The notes beneath the pieces are model-generated. The model made no database searches. It saw only the letters and a program-made list of their open reading frames with translations, and had not been told where the DNA came from. A stretch of DNA of 63,756 nucleotides, filler included, from Reclinomonas americana ATCC 50394 (lineage: Eukaryota), in the NCBI GenBank assembly GCA_048213135.1. It is 24 parts of 24 records of this genome, joined end to end, with 100 filler letters (N's around TTAATTAATTAA, not from the genome) between each part and the next. Parts side by side here need not be neighbours in the genome. Positions count along the whole stretch, not along the records: positions 43,830 to 45,077 come from AFZH01023763.1; positions 45,178 to 46,923 come from AFZH01023765.1; positions 47,024 to 51,129 come from AFZH01023766.1; positions 51,230 to 59,118 come from AFZH01023767.1; positions 59,219 to 61,220 come from AFZH01023770.1; positions 61,321 to 63,756 come from AFZH01023771.1; 18 more parts are not named here. One strand, 5' to 3'. Below are positions 44,055 through 63,756 of this stretch, piece by piece. Numbering within the stretch: the stretch's first letter is position 1; every line of letters begins with the position of its first letter. Both the position numbers and the translations under genes were made by a program.

Positions 44055-45077
44055 ATGAGTCAGATCTTCCCGCCAGCCAGTTCGACTGCCTCGAATGCTC
44101 CGTCCGTGCGGGCAAACGAGCCCGCGGCAGTTGGGACCCTTCGGATCACCGGCGCGGTCTGCCTGGTGCTGATGCCGCTCGTCATGTGGCTGGCGAACCG
44201 TTCGGCCCCGCTCATGCTGGGGCTTGCCGCCACGGCCTTCCTGGGCGCTGGGCTGCTGGCGCAGCCGGCTTCGGCAGTTCTCGCGCGCCTGCGCGCCTTG
44301 CTCGCCACGCCGCTGGCCCTGACCGTCGCCGCATTCCTCGCCTGGGCGCTGGTCTCGATCAGCTGGAGCCACAAGGTGGTTCCGTCCCTTGAGTTCTGGG
44401 CGGAGCTGGTGCTGCCGATGGCCTTTGCGCTCGCGATCGCCGTGTCGGGCCAATGGCGCCCGACACCGGCGCTTCTACGCGCGCTGGCCGCCACGATCAT
44501 TCTGGCCGCCGGGCTGCTGGTGTTCGAGCTCGCCTCCGGCTTGTCCCAGCGCATGGCCCTTGGCACCGGCAAGATGATGGGCTTCATCTTCAACCGCCCG
44601 ACCATTGTGCTGTTCCTGCTGGCCGTGCCGGTGGTCCATGCGCTCTGGTCGAGACCGTCTTCGCCGACGCTGGACCGGCTCTTGGCAGCGATCCTGACCC
44701 TCGCGGTCGCGACCCTGGTGATCCGGGCCGAGAGCGGTGCGGCACGGCTCGGCTTCGCCGTCCTGACCCTCTGCTGGCTCCTGGCCAGCGTCGCGCCGCG
44801 GCTCGCCTCGGCGCTGGTCGCGAGCGTCTTCGTCCTGACGATGGCGATCGCGCCCGTGCTCGGGCCGAGCGCCGAGCGCTTTTTGCCTTCCATGATCCTT
44901 AATCGCTTCAACGCGATGACCGGCCAGGCCCGCATCGACATCTGGCAGAGCTTCGGCGAGGTGGCGCGCGCCAGGCCGCTCGCCGGCGCCGGCTTCGGCA
45001 CCTCGGCGACGATGCATGAACACCCGGTCGCGGCGCAGGTCTCGCCGGAACACCGGACCCTGTTGGCGGCGAGCCAT
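44055..45077 (+). CDS. O-antigen ligase (Wzy_C/WaaL)-family membrane protein, 3' truncated
   Basis: Multiple TM helices; ARIDIW..RPLAGAGFG..H motif at the contig end. Confidence 0.82.
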
Positions 45078-45177
45078 NNNNNNNNNNNNNNNNNNNNNNN
45101 NNNNNNNNNNNNNNNNNNNNNTTAATTAATTAANNNNNNNNNNNNNNNNNNNNNNNNNNNNNNNNNNNNNNNNNNNN

Positions 45178-45870
45178 GTGGTGGTTGTTGTGCCAGCCTT
45201 CGCCCATGGTGATGATGGCGAGCCACCAGTTGTTCCGGCTCTCGTCGCCGGTGACATAGTCCTTGTCGCCGTGAACATGGGCCAGCGAGTTGATGCAGAA
45301 GGTGCCGTGGTAGACCGCGACCGTTGACCAGAAGAAGCCGACGAACAGGCCGCTCCAGCCTTCGATGGCGAAGCAGATCAGGGCGAGTCCGGCCGCCGGC
45401 AGCAGCTCGAAGCGATGCAGGAAATTGAGCTCGGGGAAGCGTGTCAGGTCGGTGACGGTCGAGGTGTCGCAGCGGTCGTGGCCGTTGCTGAAGATCCAGC
45501 CGACATGGGAGTAGAAAAACGAGGTCAGCACCGGCGAGTGCACGTCGTGCTCGGTGTCGGAGAAGCGGTGGTGGTGCCGATGCTTCGAGGCCCACCAGAT
45601 CACGCTCTTCTGCGCCGTCGACTGGGCCAGCAGGGCGAGCACGAACTGGCCGATCCGGCTGGTCTTGTAGGTCCGGTGCGAGAAATAGCGGTGATAGCCG
45701 CCGGTCACCGCGAACATGCGCAGCCAGTAGAGGCCGAAGGCGAGCCAGAGCGAGGTGGCGCTGACGCCGCTCCAGAGCGCGCCGAAGCAGGCCAGATGTG
45801 CGAGCACGAAGGGGATGGCCGAGGGGTAGACGATGTCGCCGTGGTCGTCGGCGTGCTGCTGCTCTGACAA
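45178..45870 (-). CDS. Acyl-CoA (delta-9-type) fatty acid desaturase, 3' truncated
   Basis: His boxes HRYFSH, HRHHH and GEGWHNNHH; TTG start. Confidence 0.92.
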
Positions 45871-45952
45871 GGTCGTTCTCTAGGATGCGTCTGAAGTCAT
45901 GCGGGATTCGCATGCCGACCAAACAGCAGGGGCTGGGCTGGCGCAAGCGCCC

Positions 45953-46585
45953 TCAGCGCCGCAGCACAGGAAATGACAGGCGGTTGACGATCAGGCGCAG
46001 CACTCCGGCACCGACCAGCGCACCGATGAAGGGCCAATAGGCCATGTCGAGCTGCGCCCGCTTGCCGAAGGTGATCATGAAGCTCAGCCAGATGTACCAG
46101 GCGCCGAACAGATGCAGCCGGCGCCACGCGACCTTGCCGATCAACGCGGCCGTCCGATCGAAGGAGGTCGCCGCCATCGCTGCGATGACGAGATAGGCGC
46201 TGCCGCCGGCGATCAGCATGCTCGATCCGCCCAATACCGCGAAGAGTTTCGGGTCGGTGACCGCGAGTGCGACGATGGCGATGGCGTGCAGCAGATGCGA
46301 GACGGCGAAGCCGAGGCCGAGCTGCCGCCGGTTGCGCAATTGCCAGCGCGTCCACGGATTTTGGCAGATGCGAAACAGGGCGGAGGCAGTGAAGGCGAAG
46401 AGGAAGAGCGCGAGCGACGTCCGCGCTGTCAGCCGGATCGCCATGCGGATGCCATCGCTCCCACCCGCGGATGCGAAGGCGGCGAGGGCTGCGATGACCA
46501 GGATCGCAGTGAGGGCGCCCAATAGCGGCCAGCCTTCCAGGCCGGCCGGAAGAGCCGGATTGCGACTGTTTCCGTTCGGCATCAC
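45953..46585 (-). CDS. Ferric-reductase-like (MsrQ-type) transmembrane protein
   Basis: About 6 TM helices; RRQLGLGFAVSHLLH, ATS and WRRLH. Confidence 0.7.
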   Translation of the reverse strand: MMPNGNSRNPALPAGLEGWPLLGALTAILVIAALAAFASAGGSDGIRMAIRLTARTSLALFLFAFTASALFRICQNPWTRWQLRNRRQLGLGFAVSHLLHAIAIVALAVTDPKLFAVLGGSSMLIAGGSAYLVIAAMAATSFDRTAALIGKVAWRRLHLFGAWYIWLSFMITFGKRAQLDMAYWPFIGALVGAGVLRLIVNRLSFPVLRR

Positions 46586-46602
46586 GCTTCTCTCCTTGAG
46601 TG

Positions 46603-46669
46603 CTCGATATGTAAGCGGTGATTACATATCGAGGGTGGCGGGGCAATAAAATGTAATCGGTGATTACAT
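46603..46669. promoter_or_regulatory. Two TetR-type operators in a divergent promoter region
   Basis: CTCGATATGTAA-gcggtga-TTACATATCGAG (46603-46633) and ATGTAATC-ggt-GATTACAT (46651-46669). Confidence 0.75.
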
Positions 46670-46739
46670 GATCGTGATGACGATGTTTGGCGGCTCGGCT
46701 CGGCTGCAGCGGGGTGGAAACTGGTCTAGGTTCGCCGCG

Positions 46740-46923
46740 ATGAACGCGACGAAAGCGAGTCGGACGGGATCGGGCGCGAGCGCGGCAAGCGCTTCGACCT
46801 ATCATCACGGCAATCTGCGCGAGGTGCTGATCACGGAAGGGCTGGCGCTCGCTGCCGAAGCCGGGCTCGACGCGGTCAGCATTCGTGAGGTGGCGCGCCG
46901 GGCTGGCGTTTCGCCGGGCGCGC
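46740..46923 (+). CDS. TetR/AcrR-family regulator, N-terminal HTH (3' truncated)
   Basis: YHHGNLREVLI..SIREVARRAGVSPGA. Confidence 0.9.
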
Positions 46924-47023
46924 NNNNNNNNNNNNNNNNNNNNNNNNNNNNNNNNNNNNNNNNNNNNTTAATTAATTAANNNNNNNNNNNNNNNNNNNNN
47001 NNNNNNNNNNNNNNNNNNNNNNN

Positions 47024-49302
<2,279 letters not shown>

Positions 49303-50538
49303 GTTGTAGTGGTGATTGATGATGGTGGTGAGTCTCGAGTACAAGAGAGATGCCTCGTTGTTTTGCATTCGGACACACCGAGATTTGGCTCGGTCCACTT
49401 GCATGTTGATCCCGGCATGCGCGCCCTCGCCCACAATGTCTTTGTGGTGCTTCGTGGGTGGCGACACAAGAGGTCGAGTTTGCACACTGCTTGGAGGTCG
49501 GCAAGACCTTCGGGTCTTCGCCAAACTCAAAAATTGGAACGATACAGAGAAGATTAGCTTGGCCCCTGTGCAAGGATGACACGCAAAGACGAGAGTGTTC
49601 CAATGTTTTTTTTTGCTAGTTACCAGGGTGGCCGAGTGCGGGGGAGAGGGAGGTGAGATGTGGGAGCAACAGGCCTCCTTCACACAGATCAGCGACCTCC
49701 ACGCGGTTGCAATTGATTTCAAGGAGTGGATCACACTCGAACACACAGTAGATCACACAACTGTGCTGTCGTTGCGGTCGGGAAAGCACCGTTGTTGCTG
49801 TGGGTGTTCATGCCTTTCGTACTGATCCTCACCACAAACTTGACGGTTGCTCGCTGCTCGGATCCGTCGAATCGCCGATATCGATATCGATTTCGACCAA
49901 CATCATTTGCGTCGCTTTCCTTCGTCGTACTGCCAACGTGCAACAAGTACTGCACATCAAAGTTGCTCTCTTCACCGGTGCAAAGGCGATCAGAAATCGA
50001 CGAGAAACCGACGCAATTGCCCAAAACGTTATGTAACGGCTCGCACTTACAGTCCCAAACGATCAACTATCACAGCGCAGAGAGACGACGACACATGGGC
50101 GTCTTCCTCTCCCGTGTGAGTGCCTCCTCCAGCAGCACAACCACCACCACTACAAAAGGAGGCAAACGCAGCTCACTCAGCATCAACATCGACGAGGATG
50201 CTCCCTCTGCCTCTGGAGCAGCAGGAGAGTCTCTGTTGGACGATGAGCGTGTGTTGTGCGCGCAGTGTTTTTGCTTTTGGTTTTGCCCTCCGAAGATTGC
50301 ATGTGCCGTGGACGTCGAATTGCCGATATCGATATCGATTTCGACCGACATCATTTGCTTCGCTTTCCTTCGTCGTACTGTCAACGTGCAACAAGTACTG
50401 CACATTGCAGGTGCTCTCTTCACCGGTGCAAAGGCGATCAGAAATCGACAAGAAACCGAATTGCCCAAAAACGTTATGTAACGGCTCGCACTTACAGTCC
50501 AAACGATCAACTATCACAGCGCAGAGAGCGACGACGAC

Positions 50539-57744
<7,206 letters not shown>

Positions 57745-57867
57745 GGTTTGCGAGACACCAGGGGAGAGAGTGTGTGTGTGTCTGTACTTTTTTCTGTTGC
57801 CGCTTCAGAAGACTGAATGAAATAGTGCGGCTTTATACGTCGTCGTCGGCGACGGAAACTGCACTTC

Positions 57868-58200
57868 CGTCGATATTTTCGATATTTCCACACGTAACTC
57901 ACCACAGCACCTCTTCTGCCGACAACAAAAAAGTACGTGCATGCTTACATGGCAAGGCAGCTGCTTGTTTGTTGGTCATGTCTCCCTCTTTCGGTCGATA
58001 TTTTACGGTATTTCCAATGCACTTCACACGTGACGCACCAGCACCTCTTCTTCTCACATAAAAGCACGTGCATGCTTACATGGCAAGGCAGCTGCTTGTT
58101 TGTTGATCATGTCTCCCTCTTTCGGTCGATATTTTACGGTATTTCCAATGCACTTCACACGTGACGCACCAGCACCTCTTCTCCTCGCATTAAAGCACGC
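57868..58200. repeat. 131-bp tandem repeat (two near-identical copies plus a degenerate partial)
   Basis: ACGTGCATGCTTACATGGCAAGGCAGCTGCTTG... at 57935 and 58066. Confidence 0.88.
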
Positions 58201-58308
58201 GTATGATGACGCATAGCAAGCAGAGGCACATGTGAATACAACTACGTTGCTGTGTCACCAACGACCGCATGTCCCACACACTCGTCATTGATTCAGTATT
58301 TCGCAAGT

Positions 58309-58725
58309 ATGAGTGGAGCAAGAGCCGCTCGACTCGATTCGACCGGCAAATCTCTGCTGGAGTCTCTCAAGGACCCAACCAGTGGTCATCCGGCGGGTAT
58401 CCGCGCAGACATGAGCATTGAGGAGAAGGCCGAGCGCAAAGCAAACTTTGTGGTGCGTTGACTGACACCAAACAACTGACTGACTCTCACTGTGACTCAC
58501 TCTCTCTCGCACACAACAGAAAGCCACTGATCCTGTTGCTCTGGCGCTGCGCAACAGTCGTCGCCAGTTGCTTGGGTGAGTCACGCAGTGTGTGTGTGAG
58601 AGTGTGTGTCAAGAGTGATTGACTGTTATTGTTCCGCGCGCGCGCGCAGTGAGAGTGGCAAGCGCGCGCTGGTCGATGATGTGCTGCGTGGAAAGTTCTC
58701 GCGTAATGTGCACAAGCAGTACCCG
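58309..58725 (+). CDS. 5' exons of an unidentified eukaryotic gene
   Basis: MSGARAARLDSTGKSLLESLKD..KANF, followed by two short exon-like blocks (ATDPVALALRNSRRQLL; ESGKRALVDDVLRGKFSRNVHKQYP) bounded by GT-AG. Confidence 0.5.
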
Positions 58726-59070
58726 GTGCCGGAGAGTTGCGCTCAATCACAGAGAGGAAAGAGAGAGAGAGGAAACTCAGTGCAATCTCTCTCAATCACT
58801 TCTCACTGTATCTCTCGCAGTCAGTCTCTTGCACTCCTCACTCTTGCGCTCATTCACTCTGCTGTTCACTCATTCACGCACTCTGTTGCTCACGCCCTCA
58901 CTTTTGCACTCATTCGCTCTCTCTTGCATTCACTCAGCCACCTTCTCACTTGCTCACCAGTTCACTCTCTCGCCTCCTCACTTCCTCAACAGCTCACTCT
59001 TGCATTCACTCAGTCACCCTCTTACTCGCTCATCTGTTCGTCCTTCGTGCACTCCCTACCTCGCTCTGTT

Positions 59071-59118
<48 letters not shown>

Positions 59119-59218
59119 NNNNNNNNNNNNNNNNNNNNNNNNNNNNNNNNNNNNNNNNNNNNTTAATTAATTAANNNNNNNNNNNNNNNNNNNNNNNNNN
59201 NNNNNNNNNNNNNNNNNN

Positions 59219-59289
59219 ACCAGAGCTTGGGTGAGGGCGACCGGATCGGTGGGGTCGAAGGCGAGGGGGGCGGGCGTGCTTGGGCTCAT
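59219..59289 (-). CDS. dapE: Probable succinyl-diaminopimelate desuccinylase, N-terminal fragment
   Basis: MSPSTPAPLAFDPTDPVALTQALV; ATG overlaps the upstream stop. Only 23 codons are visible, so another M20 enzyme is possible. Confidence 0.5.
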
Positions 59290-59714
59290 CGAGCCGGTTT
59301 AGCAGCCCTGCCTTGCTCCGCAAGCGGCGCATCGCGGTCGACGCCTGGCATCAAACCGAGATCGACCAGCGCGACCAGCCAGGCCATCGTCGAGATCGCG
59401 ATCAGCGACGGCGCCCAAGCGTAGTCGAGCATCGGTTGCACTTCCCGCGGCAGGACGATGGCGCAGACCAGCAGGATGCCGAACATCGAGGAGCCGCCCC
59501 GGTCGGTGGCGCGCTTGGCCGCCAGCGCAGCCCAGGGGAACAGGGCGAAGGCGTTGGCGAAGGCGACGGCCATTTTCGCAGAATGCCAGTCCATCACGTG
59601 GGGCGCGCCCCACTGGACCGCCAGCAGGCAGAGGGCGAGGGCGATGCTGCCAAGCCAGAACTGGCGCAGGCCGATTCGGCCATCAAGATCGGTGAACAAG
59701 CGGATTGCGGACAT
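59286..59714 (-). CDS. DUF805-domain membrane protein
   Basis: LFTDLDGRIGLRQFW..LAAKRATDRG. Confidence 0.8.
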   Translation of the reverse strand: MSAIRLFTDLDGRIGLRQFWLGSIALALCLLAVQWGAPHVMDWHSAKMAVAFANAFALFPWAALAAKRATDRGGSSMFGILLVCAIVLPREVQPMLDYAWAPSLIAISTMAWLVALVDLGLMPGVDRDAPLAEQGRAAKPAR

Positions 59715-59948
59715 GAATCGGGCTCCGATCCTGCATTCTCGCACGCAGATGGGCCGGAATGAAGCTTATGGTGAATAAATGGTTAATCCGCCCGAACCGG
59801 TTGTTCTGGCAGAGAAAATGCTTGAACCCGACGGGACGCGCCGCTAGCTGCGAGAGGTTCTCCGGATTTTGAAGGGGGCCATTCGGCGTGATTGGCGGAT
59901 GGCAGGTTGAGTGAGCGGCGCGTCGCGCTGCCGAGCGAGGTTCTGGGC

Positions 59949-60563
59949 ATGACCATTCGTCTGCATCGCGGCGATCTTCCCGATGGGTTCGAGCCGGGAC
60001 CGGTCCTGGCGATCGACACCGAGACGCTAGGTCTCAACCCGCAGCGTGACCGGCTCTGCGTGGTGCAGCTCTCGCGCGGTGATGGCACTGCCGACGTCGT
60101 GCAGATTCCGAAGGGCGCCGCGGCGCCGGCCAACCTCTGCCGCATCCTCGCGGACACCAGCGTGCTGAAGCTCTTCCACTTCGCCCGCTTCGACATCGCC
60201 GCGCTGGAAAATGCGTTCGGCGTCGTCACCGCGCCGGTTTACTGCACCAAGATCGCTTCGAAGCTGGTGCGCACCTATACCGATCGGCACGGGCTCAAGG
60301 ACCTCGTCCGCGAGCTCCTTGGCGTCGAATTGTCGAAGCAGCAGCAATCCTCGGATTGGGGCGCCGATACGCTGACCGAAGCGCAGCTCGGCTATGCCGC
60401 CTCCGACGTTTTGCACCTGCACGCCCTGAAGGCGAAGCTCGACGTTCTGCTGGAGCGCGAGGGGCGTATGCACCTCGCCAAGGCCTGCTTCGACTTCCTG
60501 CCGACGCGCGCCGAGCTCGATCTGGCCGGCTGGCCGGAAGTCGACATCTTCGCGCATACGTAA
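59949..60563 (+). CDS. rnd: Ribonuclease D-family 3'-5' exonuclease
   Basis: AIDTETLGL..DRLCVVQLS..FHFARFD..KQQQSSDWG..YAASDV. Confidence 0.92.
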   Translation: MTIRLHRGDLPDGFEPGPVLAIDTETLGLNPQRDRLCVVQLSRGDGTADVVQIPKGAAAPANLCRILADTSVLKLFHFARFDIAALENAFGVVTAPVYCTKIASKLVRTYTDRHGLKDLVRELLGVELSKQQQSSDWGADTLTEAQLGYAASDVLHLHALKAKLDVLLEREGRMHLAKACFDFLPTRAELDLAGWPEVDIFAHT

Positions 60564-60683
60564 ATTTGAGGTATTTGAGGCTAAGGTCATTCGTCTGGCG
60601 GTTGCCGGACCGGTCGCTGTTGCCTGCTGGCATGCGCCTCGGTTCGACATCAAAAAGCCGTCGGCGGCTGGCAATGGGCGGGC

Positions 60684-61220
60684 ATGAGCTTGGCGATCAC
60701 AACCCCTGAGACGCGCAGTCCGGCGGCGATTCGGGCGCAGATGCGGCAGAGCGCCTTTCAGGCGGCGCGCCGCCATTCCGTGCTCGTGCGCCTGCTGCGG
60801 CGCCTGATCCCGATCGGGGCGATCGGAGCGGTGGTCGGGCTGATCGTCGTCCCCTTCCTCAATCCGCTGCGTCATGCCGGCAATTTCTCGCTGGGCGGAA
60901 TCAGCCTGTCCGGTGGCAAGGTGGTCATGGAGACCCCGAAGCTCGCCGGCTATCGCAAGGACAACAGCCCTTACGAAGTCACGGCGGATTCGGCGCTGCA
61001 GGACGTGCGCAATCCCACGCAGATCGAGCTCGTGCAGATGGTGGCGCGGGTGCTGATGAAGTCCGAAGGCTGGATCAACATCAACGCCAAGAGCGGCCTC
61101 TTCGATCAGCAGAAGGAAAAGCTCAAGCTGGTCGACGACGTGAAGATCCGGACCGAGTCGGGCTATGATGTCCGCATGCGCACCGCCGATGTCGACTTCA
61201 AGGCTGGAACCGTCAATTCG
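60684..61220 (+). CDS. lptC: LPS export periplasmic protein LptC (3' truncated)
   Basis: ARRHSVLVRLLRRLIP plus one TM helix, then METPKLAGY..PYEVTADSALQD; follows rnd, an arrangement typical of Hyphomicrobiales. Confidence 0.82.
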
Positions 61221-61320
61221 NNNNNNNNNNNNNNNNNNNNNNNNNNNNNNNNNNNNNNNNNNNNTTAATTAATTAANNNNNNNNNNNNNNNNNNNNNNNN
61301 NNNNNNNNNNNNNNNNNNNN

Positions 61321-61753
61321 CGTCCTCAATCTGCCGATCATCGGCCCGCACGAAGCCGACAAGTTCCCGCTCGACGCCCTGCCGCAGCAGGGGCTGATGT
61401 TCGAGATGCGCGGCGTGCAGGCGGTGACGCCGACGCGCTGGCTCGCCGAAGGCGACACCGTCTCGGTCGGCGATATCACATTCTCCGTCCTGCATGTGCC
61501 CGGCCACACGCCCGGCCATGTCACGCTGTTCCAGAAGGATCTGCGCTTCCTGCTCGCCGGCGACACCGTTTTCGCCGGTTCGGTCGGCCGCACCGATTTC
61601 CCCTATGGCAACCACAAGGACCTGATCGGCGGGATCAAGGGCAAGCTGCTGCCGCTCGGCGACGACGTCCAGTTCCTGCCCGGCCATGGGCCCGCGAGCA
61701 CGCTCGGCGAGGAGCGCCGGACCAATCCGTTCCTGCAGGGGAATTCGCAGTAG
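61321..61753 (+). CDS. MBL-fold hydrolase (GloC/YcbL-like), C-terminal part
   Basis: HVPGHTPGH, GDTVFAGSVGRTD, PGHGP and ERRTNPF. Confidence 0.9.
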
Positions 61754-61760
61754 GCCACCG

Positions 61761-61859
61761 CCGTCATGCTCGCCCTTGTGGCGAGCATCCACGTCTTGAA
61801 CACTGCGCGCGATTATTGATGCGAAAACGTGGATGGTCGGGACAAGCCCAACCATGACG
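61761..61859 (+). repeat. REP/BIME-like double-hairpin element
   Basis: CCGTCATGCTCGCC-cttgt-GGCGAGCATCCACGT...ACGTGGATGGTCGGG-acaag-CCCAACCATGACG. Confidence 0.85.
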
Positions 61860-62110
61860 AGAGAGGTGATGACCCAGAAACGCTAACGGCCATGTCCGGA
61901 AGGGCGCGCGTACATCCGGCGTCGCTACCTTCGGGCTCATGGCCGTCTTCAACGGGACGGAGGGCTGTGGAACGCCCTCGACACCACCGTGACCGAGATA
62001 TGGGATTATGATCCTGCCCTTGCAAGGGGGGCGGCGCCATGAAACTCGGCGCGCCTCGATAAGCGGCTGATCGCATTGCCGGTTTCGTGTCCCATGCGAT
62101 AGTCGGCGCC

Positions 62111-63568
62111 ATGTGGGAGATTCTCTCCGCCTATTGGCCGCATATCCTCGGTTTCGTTTCGCTGGCGCTGACCGTGGTCGCCGCCAGCCATGCCGCGATG
62201 ACCAAGGACGAGGTCCGCGCCGCCATCGGCTGGGTCGGCGTCATCGTGCTCTCGCCGATCATCGGGCCGCTGGTCTATGCGGTCGGCGGCATCAACCGCA
62301 TCCGCCGCGCCTCGATCGTCTCGCAGCGCCGGCACAGCTTCGGCGTCGGTTCGCTCGCGCAGAACTTCGAGGTATCGAACGCCGAGGTCGCCGGCGATGT
62401 CGGACGCCGCTTCGCCGCACTGAAGACGCTCGGCGACAAGGCGACCCGTCGTCACCTCAAGACCGGCAATGCCATCACGGTGCTCAGGACCGGCGACGAG
62501 GCCTATGCTGCGATGATCGCGGCGATCGCGGCGGCTGAGCGCTCGGTTATTCTCGAAACCTACATCTTCGACCGCGATCCGCTCGGCCTGCGCGTCGCCG
62601 ACGCGCTGATCGCGGCCCATGAGCGCGGCGTCGCGGTGCGCGTGCTGATCGATGCCGTCGGCGCGCGCTATTCGGTGCCGAGCATCGTCGGCTACCTGCA
62701 GAAGGGCGGTGTGCCGGTCGACGTCTTCAACGGCAACATCATCATCGGGCTCAGATTGCCCTATGCGAACCTGCGCACCCACCGCAAGCTGCTGATCGTC
62801 GACGGTCGGATCGCCTTCGCCGGCGGCATGAACATCCGCCAGGGCTTCACCACCGAGTTCGCCGGCGAAGCCGCAGCGCACGACACGCATTTCCGAGTCG
62901 AGGGGCCGGTCGTCGAGGACCTGTTCGGCGTCGCGGCCGAGGATTGGCGCTTCGCCTCGGACGAGGAGCTGGCCGGTGATGTCTGGGCGATCACGCCGCA
63001 GACCGCGACGCAAGGTCCGACCGTCCTGATGCGCGCCGTCGCCTCGGGACCGGATGCGAGCCTGGAGACCAACCACAAGCTGCTGATCGGCGCCTTCTCG
63101 GTGGCGCGCGAGTCGATCCGGATCATGTCGCCCTACTTCCTGCCGGACCGCGAGCTGATCAGCGCGCTGGTCACCGCGGCGCGGCGTGGCGTCGCCATCG
63201 ACATCGTCGTGCCGGACGTCAACAATCTCGTCCTGGTCGATCGCGCCATGCGGGCGCAGTTCGACCAGGTGCTGAAGGATGGCTGCAGGATCTGGCGCGC
63301 CACCGGCTCCTTCGACCATTCCAAGCTGCTCGCGATCGACGGCACCTGGGCCTATGTCGGCTCGTCCAACCTCGATGCGCGCTCGCTCAGGCTGAATTTC
63401 GAGATCGATCTCGAAGTGCTCGACGAAAGCTTCGCCCGCGGCATCGAGCAGCGCATCGACGCCGCGATCGCAAGGTCGCGCCCGGTTACGCTGAAGGAGT
63501 TGCGCGCACGGCCCTTCCCCTTGCGCCTGCTCGACCGGATGCTCTGGCTCTGCTCGCCTTATCTGTGA
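62111..63568 (+). CDS. cls: Cardiolipin synthase (phospholipase D family)
   Basis: Two N-terminal TM helices; two HKD motifs, HRKLLIVDG and HSKLLAIDG. Confidence 0.92.
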   Translation: MWEILSAYWPHILGFVSLALTVVAASHAAMTKDEVRAAIGWVGVIVLSPIIGPLVYAVGGINRIRRASIVSQRRHSFGVGSLAQNFEVSNAEVAGDVGRRFAALKTLGDKATRRHLKTGNAITVLRTGDEAYAAMIAAIAAAERSVILETYIFDRDPLGLRVADALIAAHERGVAVRVLIDAVGARYSVPSIVGYLQKGGVPVDVFNGNIIIGLRLPYANLRTHRKLLIVDGRIAFAGGMNIRQGFTTEFAGEAAAHDTHFRVEGPVVEDLFGVAAEDWRFASDEELAGDVWAITPQTATQGPTVLMRAVASGPDASLETNHKLLIGAFSVARESIRIMSPYFLPDRELISALVTAARRGVAIDIVVPDVNNLVLVDRAMRAQFDQVLKDGCRIWRATGSFDHSKLLAIDGTWAYVGSSNLDARSLRLNFEIDLEVLDESFARGIEQRIDAAIARSRPVTLKELRARPFPLRLLDRMLWLCSPYL

Positions 63569-63586
63569 GGTCGGGGTCGCCCATTA

Positions 63587-63681
63587 CCGTTATGGTCGGG
63601 CTTGTCCCGACCATCCACGTCTTCCTTTGGAAAGAGCGGTGTTCAAGACATGGATGCTCGCCAAAAGGGCGAGCATGACGG
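63587..63681 (-). repeat. REP/BIME-like element, inverted copy of 61761-61859
   Basis: Reverse complement reads CCGTCATGCTCGCCCTTTTGGCGAGCATCCATGTCTTGAACAC...ACGTGGATGGTCGGGACAAGCCCGACCATAACGG. Confidence 0.85.
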
Positions 63682-63690
63682 CGTAACATC

Positions 63691-63756
63691 TCAGGCGTCG
63701 AACACGCCCTTCAGGAAGTCCTGCTTGCCGATCTGGAAGCCGTTCTCGCGCAGGAT
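63691..63756 (-). CDS. DUF1993-family protein, C-terminal fragment
   Basis: ILRENGFQIGKQDFLKGVFDA*. Confidence 0.65.
   Translation of the reverse strand: MLRENGFQIGKQDFLKGVFDA

Overview
This window is not one replicon. It is 24 short contigs joined by 23 identical 100-nt artificial spacers (N44-TTAATTAATTAA-N44, stop codons in all six frames), and it mixes two organisms. (A) A high-GC Hyphomicrobiales alphaproteobacterium (Bosea-like by my recognition of the proteins and intergenic palindromes; not database-checked) occupies 1-13105, 31567-46923 and 59219-63756. It carries mostly ordinary genes: TRAP and ABC transporters, puuE-uraD, the groEL tail, mscL, xseB, rnd, lptC, a cardiolipin synthase and regulators, plus several clear operators and REP-like palindromes. 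(B) An intron-rich eukaryote with a motile-cilium toolkit occupies 13206-31466 and 47024-59118. It carries WRAP53/TCAB1, IFT144/WDR19 (split over three consecutive contigs), a two-CDGSH Fe-S protein, an Spt20-like gene, DIMT1 and ODAD2/ARMC4. The most striking element is in the eukaryote at 26882-31466: a head-to-tail array of at least four intronless genes, each a single WD40 propeller (seven repeats in the three complete copies). The repeats have a highly uniform scaffold but vary at the positions that face the ligand, and every copy ends in a conserved ~55-60-aa C-terminal module that I cannot assign. It is a candidate diversified recognition or ubiquitin-adaptor family. I found no rRNA, tRNA, CRISPR array or transposase. 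All family assignments come from motif recognition, not searches.
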